From: an uncultured Chloroflexia bacterium
Lineage (GTDB): Bacteria; Chloroflexota; Anaerolineae; Anaerolineales; Anaerolineaceae
DNA length: 64,000 nucleotides
Assembly: GCA_963818305.1 (NCBI GenBank)
Contig: CAWFRQ010000003.1
Span: forward strand, 162,371 to 226,370
Direction: 5' to 3'
Positions 52,723-63,664 of this stretch are shown here, in pieces. The translations under genes and the position numbers were made by a program. Under the pieces are notes generated by a model, which did no database searches, was not told where the DNA came from, and worked only from the letters and a program-made list of their open reading frames with translations. Position 1 is the first letter of the stretch. Every line of letters begins with the position of its first letter.

Positions 52723-54304
52723 AGGCTGGCGGGAGCGAGCCTGGAATGACCTGAGCCTCCCCTGGGATATGATCGTCATCGGAGGGGGCATCACTGGAGC
52801 CGGTGTCTTTAACCAGGCAGCCCGGGCGGGTCTGCGTGTCCTACTGGTGGAAGCAAATGATTTCGCGTTCGGTACCAGTAGCCGGTCATCCAAGCTGATC
52901 CACGGCGGATTTCGCTACCTGAGAAACCGGCAGTTTTCTGTCACGCGCGAATCGGTCCGTGAACGAGAACGATTAATCAGACAAGGGGAACATCTGGTTG
53001 AGCCGCTTGAATTTATCTTGCCTGTGATGAGTGATCGCAGCTCTAGCCGAAGAGTTTACCAGTTGGGAGTAACCATTTATGATCTGTTGGCTCCCAAGTG
53101 GCAGCATGGACACTACTCTGGTAACCAAATCCGGTCCATTTGCCCGGTGTTGACGCACCCGGCAGTCTCGGATGGATTCTATTATTATGATGCGGTGATG
53201 GATGATGCCCGGATGGTATTGAGGACAATTCAGGAAGGAATTCAGGCAGGTGGGAAGGCGCTGAATTACACCCGGGTCACCCATTTATTGAAAGATCAGG
53301 CTGGGCGGGTACGGGGTGCTGCCATTGAGGATCAAACCCGAATGGGTTTGGGGAAAACAGCCGAGGTCTCTGCCCAGGTTGTAGTCCAGGCAACTGGTCC
53401 TTGGAGTGACCAGCTGCGTGAAGAAGTTGGTGGAACCAAACGTATTCGCAAACAGCGCGGAAGTCACCTGGTTTTTCCTTTTCAGAAGCTGCCATTACAG
53501 CAGGCAATCACTTTATTCCATCCGCGCGACAAACGGGCGATGTTTGTCTTCCCGTGGGAGGGCGTGACCGTAATCGGCACCACCGATTTGGATCATCCGA
53601 GCGAAGAAGAAGCATTGCACCCTGAGCCGGTTGCAACCTCGCAAGAAGTGGCATATATGCTGGAAGCGACCGGGTATCTCTTCCCGAAATCTGAGATTAC
53701 CGAACGGGACATTATTAGCACATTTGCGGGTTTGCGTCCGATTGTCAGTTCCGGGACGGGGAATCCATCCAAAGAATCTCGGGCACATTCTCTCTGGGAT
53801 GAGAATGGTTTGCTTACGATCACCGGCGGGAAGTTGACCACATTTCGAAAGATGGCATACGAAACGCTGCTATTAGCGTTGAAATATATCCCTAATAAGA
53901 CATTCGTGAATCCGCTTTCTCCTGTCTTTCAAGGTACAAACAGGATTAGGCTGGAATTGGATCCACAGTTCAGAAACCGATTGGTAGGCAGATACGGCAA
54001 TTTGGCTAAAGAAGTCCTACAAGCCGGAGGTGCTTCCGAGTGTTTCCCCATTGACGACCTGCCTGCACTTTGGTCAGAACTCCGCTGGGGAGCACGGGCT
54101 GAAGGTGTGGAGCACCTGGATGATTTGCTATTACGCAGGACCAGACTGGGATTAACATTACCTGGAGGAGCTGAAAACTGGATGGGCAGGATTCGCTCCA
54201 TCGCTCAACCTGAATTAGGCTGGGATGATGCGCTCTGGGAAGCTGAGCAAGCGCGATATCAAGCGCTCTGGCATGATTGCTATTATGGGTTACAAGGGTT
54301 TTGA
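52712..54304 (+). CDS. glpD: FAD-dependent glycerol-3-phosphate dehydrogenase/oxidase
   Basis: DMIVIGGGITGAGV, GTSSRSSKLIHGGFRYL and the C-terminal GlpD-type helical domain. The start overlaps the preceding gene. Confidence 0.85.
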   Translation: MFNEGWRERAWNDLSLPWDMIVIGGGITGAGVFNQAARAGLRVLLVEANDFAFGTSSRSSKLIHGGFRYLRNRQFSVTRESVRERERLIRQGEHLVEPLEFILPVMSDRSSSRRVYQLGVTIYDLLAPKWQHGHYSGNQIRSICPVLTHPAVSDGFYYYDAVMDDARMVLRTIQEGIQAGGKALNYTRVTHLLKDQAGRVRGAAIEDQTRMGLGKTAEVSAQVVVQATGPWSDQLREEVGGTKRIRKQRGSHLVFPFQKLPLQQAITLFHPRDKRAMFVFPWEGVTVIGTTDLDHPSEEEALHPEPVATSQEVAYMLEATGYLFPKSEITERDIISTFAGLRPIVSSGTGNPSKESRAHSLWDENGLLTITGGKLTTFRKMAYETLLLALKYIPNKTFVNPLSPVFQGTNRIRLELDPQFRNRLVGRYGNLAKEVLQAGGASECFPIDDLPALWSELRWGARAEGVEHLDDLLLRRTRLGLTLPGGAENWMGRIRSIAQPELGWDDALWEAEQARYQALWHDCYYGLQGF

Positions 54305-54390
54305 TCTGTGTTGGGTTGTAGTATTCGTTATACTTAGAAACATCAGAATTCCAATGAATCCAATTTGTTGATTAGAAATACAGGTGATGT

Positions 54391-55902
54391 ATGAGCAGTA
54401 ATCCAACCATCCTTGCAATTGATAATGGAACCCAGAGTGTCCGGGCGATCATATTTGATTTAATGGGAAATTTGGTAGCAAAAAGCCGGGTGCCCATACC
54501 TGAATATCAAGCCAGTCAACCCGGTTGGTCTGAGTTAGAGCCGGAGTTATTCTGGCAGACTGTTTGTCAGGCATGCCAGCAGCTCTGGCAGATGGATGGA
54601 GTGGATAAAGAATCGCTGGTGGGAGTTGCGCTTACCACCCAGCGCTCGACCGTGATCAACCTGGATAAAGATGGGAAACCTTTGCGTCCGGCAATCACCT
54701 GGATGGATAATCGTCGGACTTACGGGTTGAAACCGGTGAGCGGATTCTGGGGAGTGTTATTCGCGTTGGCTGGTATGACTGAGACTGCAGCGTATTTACA
54801 GGCTGAAGCTGAATGTAACTGGATTCGTACTCAGCAACCTGAGATTTGGGAGAAAACCGACAAGTACCTGCAATTATCCGGTTATCTTACGTACCGGCTG
54901 ACGGGAAGGCTGGCAGATTCAGTCGGCTGCCAGGTTGCGTATATACCATTTGATTACACAAAACAGAAATGGGCTGGACCACTGGATTGGAAGTGGCAGG
55001 CGGTTCCCATGCGGCGCGAGATTTTGCCCGAATTAGTCCCTCCCACGGATGAAATTGGGAAGATTTCGGCAGCGGCCGCGGCAGAAAGCGGAATACCGGC
55101 TGGTTTGCCATTGATCGCCGCCGCGGCGGATAAAGCCTGCGAGGTCATTGGAGCGGGTTGTTTGGAGCCTAATATTGCTTGCATCAGCTACGGTACTTCT
55201 GCCACTATTAACACCACCCATACTAAGTATGCAGAAGTTATCCCTCTCATTCCACCCTATCCTTCTGCAGTACCCAATGCCTATAATATGGAAGTACAGG
55301 TTTATCGCGGCTACTGGATGGTAAGTTGGTTTAAACAAGAATTCGGTGCCTTAGAAGAACGGATCGCCACTGAACGTGGCATGGCAGCGGAAGCTGTATT
55401 TGAAGAGTCGGTCCGAAAAATTCCCGCTGGGTCTCTGGGTCTGGTCTTGCAGCCATACTGGTCACCCGGGTTAAAAATTCCTGGACCAGAAGCCAAAGGT
55501 GCAGTCATCGGTTTTGGCGATGTCCATCAGCGTGCCCATCTCTACCGCGCAATTCAAGAAGGTCTGGCGTATGCGCTGCGGGATGGAGCTGAGAGAACTG
55601 AAAAGAGAAGCAGGATCAAGATTACAGAGATCCGGGTGGCAGGCGGTGGCAGTCAGAGTGACGTGGCCATGCAGCTCACAGCGGATATGTTCGGCTTGGT
55701 AGCAGCCAAACCACATGTATATGAAGCTTCCGGTTTAGGCGCAGCGATAGATGCAGCGGTTGGTCTGAAGTTGTATCCAGATTTTGCCAGTGCAGTGAAA
55801 TCAATGACCCGGATCGGGAAGGTGTTCGAGCCTGATCCCAAGGCACACCAGATTTATGATGCACTGTACAAGAAAGTCTATTCAAAAATGTACGCCGCCT
55901 GA
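54391..55902 (+). CDS. FGGY-family carbohydrate kinase
   Basis: [24 protein letters not shown] and the C-terminal GGGSQSD motif. Substrate not assignable. Confidence 0.85.
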   Translation: MSSNPTILAIDNGTQSVRAIIFDLMGNLVAKSRVPIPEYQASQPGWSELEPELFWQTVCQACQQLWQMDGVDKESLVGVALTTQRSTVINLDKDGKPLRPAITWMDNRRTYGLKPVSGFWGVLFALAGMTETAAYLQAEAECNWIRTQQPEIWEKTDKYLQLSGYLTYRLTGRLADSVGCQVAYIPFDYTKQKWAGPLDWKWQAVPMRREILPELVPPTDEIGKISAAAAAESGIPAGLPLIAAAADKACEVIGAGCLEPNIACISYGTSATINTTHTKYAEVIPLIPPYPSAVPNAYNMEVQVYRGYWMVSWFKQEFGALEERIATERGMAAEAVFEESVRKIPAGSLGLVLQPYWSPGLKIPGPEAKGAVIGFGDVHQRAHLYRAIQEGLAYALRDGAERTEKRSRIKITEIRVAGGGSQSDVAMQLTADMFGLVAAKPHVYEASGLGAAIDAAVGLKLYPDFASAVKSMTRIGKVFEPDPKAHQIYDALYKKVYSKMYAA

Positions 55903-55959
55903 AACCGCTGTATGAAGATATTCGCAAAATTACCGGATACCCGCCGGGATATGATTAAT

Positions 55960-56971
55960 ATGGCCAATATTCCCCTGGTCGATTTACATCTGCACTTGGA
56001 GGGGGCAGTCCGGTTGCAGACCGTGATCGAGTTGAGCCGCAAGCATGGTTTAAATCTGCCTGCCTGGGATACGCAAGACCTGCAAGAGCATGTCTGGATT
56101 ACGCAACCTACCTCGGATATTTTGTTACTCCTGCCAAAATTTGATTTGCTCAGACAAGTTTTTGTGAATGAAGATGCCTGTCAGCGCATCACGCGCGAGG
56201 TCTTGGAAAATTCTGCTGCACAAGGGTTGGGATATGTGGAATTACGTTTCTCGCCGCTTTTCATGGCTGAATTGCACCAACTTGGATCCGTTCAAGGTGA
56301 CTGAGGCAGTCTGCCGAGGGTGGGAAGAAGCCTGTGAGAACCTACAAATGCCTTCCCGTTTGATTGCGATTTTATCGCGTACGTATGGAGCAGAAGCCTG
56401 TCAGATTGAAATGGAATGTGCGCTCAAGTATCAACAGCGTGGCATCGTGGGGGTCGATCTGGCCGGAGATGAAGCCAGGCAGCCAGCCCGGAATTTTGCA
56501 GCCCTTTTCGACCAGATCCGATCTGCAGGACTGATGGTCACGGCCCACGCAGGGGAATTTGCCGGAGCGGAATCGGTAAAAGAAACGATTGAGTACCTGC
56601 ATCCGAATCGGCTGGGGCATGCAGTGCATGCGGTGGATGATCGATGGGTTATGGAGATGATCAAAGAGCAAAACATTGCCGTGGAGTGCTGCCCTACCAG
56701 TAATTACCTTACCACCAGCATCGTAGATTATGAACATCATCCTTTACCTTTATTCCTGTATAAAGGCATCTGTGCGACCATCAACACTGACGATCCGGCG
56801 CTAATGGGAAACCTCCATCTGGTAGATGAATTTCGGTTGGCGAAGGATCGGATAGGTTGTAGTGATGAACAAATCAACCAGGTCAAACGCAATGGCTGGA
56901 AGGCTGCTTTCTTATCAACGGAGGAGAAGGTACAATTTTCTGGTTTGAATAAGGAGTTTTTCGTGGGATGA
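55960..56971 (+). CDS. add: Adenosine deaminase; one frameshift near ~56290
   Basis: LVDLHLHLEGAVR (ORF 55912..56304), VGVDLAGDE, TAHAGE and TINTDDPA (ORF 56168..56971). Start uncertain (55912, 55951 or 55960). Confidence 0.85.
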
Positions 56972-58515
56972 GATCGAAATGGATCTGCTGGTTGAATAAG
57001 TATTGGATCTACATAGCTGCCGGGTTGATCGCCCTTTTATATACATTGATCACCCGTTGGGGTCCAATCGTTGGTTTTGATTCATATTATTATCTAGCAA
57101 GCGCCCAAGGCATCCGAGATGGTCTTGGGATTGGTTGGTTGGGCGCGGATGGGGTGTTCGTTCCGCTCACACATTACCCTCCTTTATATCCGCTGTTGGT
57201 GGCGTTCATTTCTTTTGTGACAGGTACAAGTATCCTGCAAGCTGCCAGAATTCTCGTGGTTTTGTCAGTATTCAGTGCTGTTTTGTGTACGGGATGGTTG
57301 ATCCAACGCCAGACGCGGAGTTGGTTCTTTACGGCGTTGGGTATGGCTTTCTTTATCATCCCAGGTTTGTTTATGACGACTCTGGTTTCTGCCATGTCTG
57401 AATGTCTATTTCTGGCTTTGTTTTGTGGTTTTTTACTCTTACTCAGCGATGACTGGAAAACAAATTCGACAATTCGCACCGGAATTCAATTGGCATTGAT
57501 TGCTGCGATGATCCTGGTCCGATTTGCGGCGGCGGCTGTTCTGGGAGCGTATTTGATTTTCATCCTTTTAGATCGACAGAACACAATAATAATTCGAATA
57601 AAAACGATGGTCCTCGCTGGGCTGGCTGCTTTCATTCCGCTTGGATTGTGGTTGTGGACACGTGCAGCAGTAGGCGATGTCACCGGGCGCAGCCTGCTAT
57701 TCCATCCACCTGGGCAGAATCAATATCGGCTGGCATGGGAGACAATTCAGACATGGTTTGTCCCAGAGTGGAATAGGTTGGGCGTCCCAACCCTGGCCAG
57801 GGTTGGGTTGATTCTGATTGCAGCCGGGGTGATACTCTTCCTGATCCGTTCAACGAGGCATCCGGTTAATAAAACCGAACACCAAGAACCATCTTCTTTA
57901 ACCAGGTTCCTGGCAGTTTATTTGGTCATTTACCCAATCTTTTTGTGGTTGTCCTATTCGCTGATGGATGCATCCACCCGTTGGACGACCCGGATCTTAT
58001 CCCCATGGTTGTTTAGTCTGATGCTTTTTATGCTAGTCAACTTTTCGAAATTTGTACAATTGACTCGCAGCCGGTTGGTTAATGGAGTTCTTCTGGCAGG
58101 AGTAATGATCTGGGGCGGGGCGCAGCTTCTCAACACCTCCAACCAGGCTAGGATTTGGATTACCGAAGGTGATGGGTTCACTGCCCGCGCTTTTCAGCAA
58201 TCTGAGCTGTTAGAAAATATCCGCCAGATGGATCGGTCTGTAATGATATATACCAATAATACGGCTGTCATTTACTTCAACACTGGCATTCTATCCTGGT
58301 CAATTCCAGAGAAAATGGATACGATCCAATCTCTGCCAAATACTGGGTATGAAAATCAGATGGGAAAGATGAAAACAGAGATACTGGCTGATAAAGCGAT
58401 CATGGTCATCTTCCGTCCGTACGACGATAAAAATGGAGTGTACCCGGATATTGATGAACTAAGCGCTCAACTTTCGGAGGGCTACAAATCCAAGGAAGGC
58501 ATCATTTTTCAGTAA
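56968..58515 (+). CDS. Polytopic membrane protein, GT-C-like glycosyltransferase candidate, with C-terminal soluble domain
   Basis: Twelve or more hydrophobic segments and a first-loop GFDSYYYLASAQGIRDG motif. The ATG overlaps the add stop (ATGA). Family assignment is tentative. Confidence 0.45.
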   Translation: MRSKWICWLNKYWIYIAAGLIALLYTLITRWGPIVGFDSYYYLASAQGIRDGLGIGWLGADGVFVPLTHYPPLYPLLVAFISFVTGTSILQAARILVVLSVFSAVLCTGWLIQRQTRSWFFTALGMAFFIIPGLFMTTLVSAMSECLFLALFCGFLLLLSDDWKTNSTIRTGIQLALIAAMILVRFAAAAVLGAYLIFILLDRQNTIIIRIKTMVLAGLAAFIPLGLWLWTRAAVGDVTGRSLLFHPPGQNQYRLAWETIQTWFVPEWNRLGVPTLARVGLILIAAGVILFLIRSTRHPVNKTEHQEPSSLTRFLAVYLVIYPIFLWLSYSLMDASTRWTTRILSPWLFSLMLFMLVNFSKFVQLTRSRLVNGVLLAGVMIWGGAQLLNTSNQARIWITEGDGFTARAFQQSELLENIRQMDRSVMIYTNNTAVIYFNTGILSWSIPEKMDTIQSLPNTGYENQMGKMKTEILADKAIMVIFRPYDDKNGVYPDIDELSAQLSEGYKSKEGIIFQ

Positions 58516-58536
58516 TTCGACTATTCTTGTCAAATA

Positions 58537-58566
58537 AAAAATCCAACCAGGCAGTTGGATTTTTTA
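58537..58566. terminator. Bidirectional terminator hairpin
   Basis: AAAAAATCCAAC-caggca-GTTGGATTTTTT between convergent genes. Confidence 0.65.
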
Positions 58567-58582
58567 TTTCTGTCAATTTTTT

Positions 58583-60369
58583 TTATTGAGCTGTAATTAA
58601 GCGCACAGCGTCTTTAATCCAGCCGGATATTACCATGCGTGCTGCACCGAGAACGTTGATTTTGAGACCTTTCATAGGGGTCTCCAACTCGCGTTTATCG
58701 CAGATGGTGGACTCGTTCGAATCAGTCACGCGATGCTTCAAATCCGCAACTAGTTGTTTCCGTACTGTATCATCTTCGATTTTCATCAGCTGATCGATCT
58801 CCCCCATCAACTGAACCGCTTGATCAATCCGTTTCGCCGTGGCATTCGCTTTTTCTTGCGTAATGACTCCGAACTCCGCCTTGATCAGGTTGAGTTGTCT
58901 ACCAGCTTCATAACTGGCGGCTGCAATCTCGTGCCGGGTCATCCAATCTGTCTCGTAGTTGAGCACATATTTCCAACTCGGTTGCAACAAGAGCTGACGG
59001 TGTTCTTCCAGCGTCCGGGCAAACATTCGATAGCCATGTTTTTCTGGTTCTTCAAAAGCGCGGCTGCCGGGATCAAGGAATGGGGCCATGGGTGAGATGA
59101 ATGGCACTACGTGATGAATTCCATTTTTCGAGTAACGTTCCAGGATACTTCGGCAGTACCCGACGGTATCCATCACACTCTGGTAGGTCTGCTCTTTGAT
59201 CCCGATCATGAAGAACAAATCCAGTCGTTGACATCCGAATTCCAGGGCGTCATCAATGGTGGCTTCAATTTCCGCCGTTGTGTATGGACGACCAAAAGCT
59301 TTTCGAACATGGTCATCGTGTGATTCCATGGAAATTTCAATGACAAAATTCGGCACAGCCTCCGCCAAACGGCGGGTGAATTCACGCGGCCAGGCATTGA
59401 ATAATTCAAAATAGAGTGGCTTCTTGTATCCATGGATGGCTTCCAGGAATCGGTCAGCATATTCAGGACCAGCGTGGCGAATATCTCCCAGTACCATCAC
59501 CGGACCTTTACTGAAAGCACCGATCCGGCGGATATCATTGGCCAGATCGACAGGATTTCGGAACGCCGGAGCAGTTCGATTGTGGAATTTGCGGAACATG
59601 CCGCATCCGCCTCCGCAGGTTGTGCAATTGTAAGAACAGCCCCGCACCGTGAGAGCAGCAGTAATCGGATAGCGCAGCCAGGCGCGAAATGGAATGTAAC
59701 TGGCCAGATCACGGTCGCGAACCACCGATTTAACGACATGCGAATAATCTAGTAATACATCATCCAGGGTGTACGGGCTGTAGGTAATGGGGTTTACGTG
59801 AGGAGTTGTGTTCACTGTCTTTCCAAACCAGGTTGGGGATCTGTTCGAGTTTTGCAGCATCGGCAGAATAGGGTTCGGGTGCGATCTTTCCGCCCGATCG
59901 AATGTATTGCACCAGACTGTAACAGGGGTTTTTCGGTTGAATCTCCACGCAGTATGAAATCAACATCCGGGTATTGAATGAGTTCTTCATGGAAATAGGT
60001 GGCTGAAAGTCCGCCAAATAGAACAGGACGGTCAGGGTGATAGCGTTTAACGATCTTTGCCACTTCAATGGAACCGTGGGCGTGAGGCAGCCAGTGTAGA
60101 TCAATACCGAAGATAGCAGACTTCATTTTCTGGATCGTTTTTTCAACATCGAATAACGTGTCTTCCAGCATTCTTACAGCCAGGTTTACGATCCGGGTCT
60201 GAAAGCCATACCGTTCCAAGTATTCTGCCATCGTTGTAAATCCGATGGGATACATTTCGAAAACCGGGGTGGACGGTACCATATCGGATACCGGACCATA
60301 CAGGATAGATTTACGCCTGAAGTCATAGACGGATGGTGCGTGGAGAAGGGTCAGATCAATTGAGCTCAT
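58583..60369 (-). CDS. B12-binding-domain radical SAM protein; about two frameshifts (~59800-59900) as assembled
   Basis: N-terminal cobalamin-binding-like domain (IFGIDLHWLPHAHG, VLFGGLSATY, DFILRGD). Radical SAM cluster motif CSYNCTTC (CxxxCxxC) in ORF 58583..59860, with the linking piece in ORF 59760..60104. Confidence 0.8.
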
Positions 60370-60603
60370 CAGAAAATTCCTGTTATCGCCAGATCTCTGG
60401 CTAACAATGGCATAAAAACTATTTTTGATTATAGCAGGAAGAAAATCCAGATTCACTCACCTGAATAGACGGGTGATATCTGTTGATTATTAAATCTGAC
60501 ATTCAACGAAGTTGTATTGAGGCAGGGAGTGGAATTGTTGATTGCTTATCTGCAATGAAGTACTTCCTGGTGCAGAAAAAACACAGAAACCAAAACGTCG
60601 AAC

Positions 60604-60885
60604 TTACTTGCTGATTTTTAGAATCTGCCCCAGGATGAGTGCTACGATCAACACACTCAGACTAATCCAAAGTACAAACACACTCCGAAGCAAGAAAAAA
60701 CCAATCACAAGCAGGATAGCGGCTGCAATCACCACCCGATCTGACCAGCGCAGCCAGCGATTTTTCAGCGACTGATCCGGCTTGCCATCCGATAACAACT
60801 TGGTTGTGCGTTTAATTCGAAAGTAATAAGCGGCGATGATACCCGCCGCAAGAATACATAAAAAAATCGCAAAGGTATCAGACAC
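60604..60885 (-). CDS. Small membrane protein (93 aa), unknown function
   Basis: Three hydrophobic segments. On the same strand as, and upstream of, the radical SAM gene. Confidence 0.4.
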   Translation of the reverse strand: MSDTFAIFLCILAAGIIAAYYFRIKRTTKLLSDGKPDQSLKNRWLRWSDRVVIAAAILLVIGFFLLRSVFVLWISLSVLIVALILGQILKISK

Positions 60886-60894
60886 AAGAATCCA

Positions 60895-61497
60895 TTAACG
60901 GAAGAATTGATCCAGCCCACCTGATGAATTAAGAATCCAGATTGCGGCGGCTGCGATAAAGAAGCACGCGATAAGGAAGATAGCAATCCCCTTGATGGCA
61001 CGTGATCCGGAATCAAAGTGATCGATATTACTCGTGGGTTGCAGGATGTTTTTACTCGGTTTTCCGGGCTCACTGAATTTGGGATAAGCGAGTATTTCGC
61101 CGATATCCCGAATTGCGCTGGCGGTTTCCGGATTATTCGGATCGAACGGCTTCTGCTGAGGCGTGGAGGATTGTTCGTTGATGGCAGCGCCGCTCCCCTG
61201 GCTTTTATGGATAGTTGTCATAATGAAGGAAAGGATGGCGTGAAAGACATCCAATAGGACTAATCCAATGATCCCAACCCATAGCAGATCGGTTTTCTGG
61301 GTAAAGAAGAAACTGATAATGAACAGAAAAAGAAAAACTTGCGCAATTGGACGTAGAACCAGGTACCAGCCAGGTAGGTGAGATAACTTATTCTTTTGTC
61401 GGTTCTTTCGTGAAAAGTTTCCAAACAAAACACTGATCATTATAAAAATAACAAACAGGACGATACCATTCTGATCATTAATATTGAACATACACAT
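60895..61497 (-). CDS. Membrane protein (200 aa), unknown function
   Basis: Hydrophobic N-terminal half, Pro/Gln-rich soluble linker and a C-terminal TM segment. No family recognised. Confidence 0.4.
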   Translation of the reverse strand: MCMFNINDQNGIVLFVIFIMISVLFGNFSRKNRQKNKLSHLPGWYLVLRPIAQVFLFLFIISFFFTQKTDLLWVGIIGLVLLDVFHAILSFIMTTIHKSQGSGAAINEQSSTPQQKPFDPNNPETASAIRDIGEILAYPKFSEPGKPSKNILQPTSNIDHFDSGSRAIKGIAIFLIACFFIAAAAIWILNSSGGLDQFFR

Positions 61498-61615
61498 CCC
61501 CTTCTTGGAAGGATATATTCATTGTACCTGATTCTATCCATTGCAGACGAACCGCGTTAACGGATTGTTTTGGATCGTATATAATCAGCTTACATTACAC
61601 TTGAATTCTGACTGA

Positions 61616-63655
61616 ATGAATGATCGCATGAAACGATTTCATATCTCGAACCGGTGGATTCCTCTGTTACTTGGCGCGGTCACTTTGGCTGCGTATGGAT
61701 TGTTAATCCCATGGCTGGGATTCTACTGGGATGATTGGGCATTTGCCTTCCTGGCGAATCAGTACGGTCCGGCGGAGTTGGTAAAGGCATTTTCTGGTTT
61801 CCGCCCATTCCTGGGTCCCATCTTCACCGTCACTACTTCCATCCTGGGTACTTCACCGCTTCCGTGGCAGATTTTCGGTCTGTTGATCCGGTTTTGCATG
61901 GGTCTTTCTTTTTGGTGGACGCTGAAACAGCTTTGGCCGGAGTATCAACGCCAGGTTTTATCAGTCAGCCTGATCTTTTTGGTGTTTCCGGGCTACAGCC
62001 AGCAGTGGGTGGCACTCACCCACATCAACCAAGAGCTCCTTTCTCTCATTGCCTATTTGCTTTCCTTTGGTTTTACGGTCCGTTCGGTGCGGCGTCCCCA
62101 TACCAGGCCACGCGACCGGCTGATTGCACTTGGATTGGGATTAATCGGATTGATTACCACCGAGTATTTTATTGGGTATGAGTTCATTCGGTTGGGGATA
62201 TTGGTGATATTAGATCCGGAGCCCCGCTTTTTGAAGCGGGCTAAAAGCGCACTGCGAAGTTGGATTCCCTATCTATTGCTCTGGCTGGTTAATGCAGCCT
62301 GGCTGGCCATCTATTATCGCTCTGGTTCCTACCATTCCTATTCTATCTCTGCCTTCAGCGGGATCGAACAACCTGGCATTTATTTGCTGGGTCTTTTCAA
62401 AGAAGCCATTGATACTATTACAACAGCGGGCTTTCTCGCCTGGTGGCAGGCGCCAAATCTGTTTTCGCTTATCCCCCAGAGCCAGACCTTTCGGCTGGCA
62501 ATTGCATTATTTGCAGTCTGTTTCATCGCCCTCACTTTCTTCCGACTGAAATTGGCTGAGCCTAATTCGGTACCAGATAGTGATCACTGGGCCGGGCAGG
62601 CAATCGGGTTGGGTCTGATCGCCATCCTGGCTGGCAGGTTGCCCTCATGGGTGGCAGGACTACCTTTTGTGGTGATGTTTGATTACGATCGTTTTTTCAT
62701 TTCCATGATGTTAGGCGCCAGCCTGCTGCATGGTTGGAGTGATTGAGGTGGTGATCAAATCTGGGAAATCGCCGGATTTGGGTAAGTAATTTTCTGATTG
62801 TATTTGCCATTTGCGCCCAGTTTATCCATGCCAACAACTATCGCCGCGATTGGGATTACCAACGCGATTTTTTCCAACAGCTCACCTCGCGCGCACCGGA
62901 GATCAAACCGGGTACCATGCTGCTCACTAATTCCATCGCGACCATTCCGCATGTGAGCGATATGGGTTTGACCGCCGCGCTCAACTGGATCTATGAGCCG
63001 GATTTAAAGAACCATGCCCTACCTGTATCTGATTGTGTACTCTGATATCCGTTTGGGGATGGATCGGCTGCCGGATTTCTCCCCTGGTCAACCGGTGCAG
63101 GTGGAGTATCGAACCGCACAATTCAGTGGGAACTCTAGCCAGACGATTGTGTTCTATCAACCTGAGTCAGGCTGCTTCCATTTCGTCGATTCGCGTAATC
63201 CGGTGGAGGCGTTGTTGCCAGACCTGCCAGTTAAGCTATCCGAGGCGGTTCCGCTCTCTGACCTGACCTTGATTCAATCTGGTCAAACACCACCAACCCT
63301 GCCCTCCAATCTGTTCGGAAATCAAAATGAAGATGACTGGTGCACGTACTACCAGCGAGCCGAGCTGGCCAGATCGGAACAGAATTGGGATGAGATCATT
63401 CAATTGGCCAAACAGGCAAACAAAGCCGGTGTTGGACCAGTGAACTACCTGGAATTCATGCCGTTTGTAGAAGCCTACCTGCATCGCGGGGATGTGAAGG
63501 CAGCGACTCCACTCACAGCGCAGCTCAGTCCACGCCAGAGCAAGGCGACCAATGCGGTTTGTTTATATCTTAAGCAACTGAGTGCGGATATCCAGGACCC
63601 AGCCTCGCTGCAATTCATCCAAAAGAACGCCGATCAACGTCAATGCCCGAAGTAA
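61616..63655 (+). CDS. Large polytopic membrane protein (GT-C-like candidate) with C-terminal TPR-like soluble domain; at least three frameshifts as assembled
   Basis: ORF 61616..62746 is multi-TM with first-loop motif GFYWDDWAF. An unlisted frame at ~62790-63040 (LIVFAICAQFIHANNYRRDWDYQRDFFQQL...) links it to ORF 63014..63655. Paralog of the next gene. Confidence 0.5.
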
Positions 63656-63664
63656 ACTGATAGT

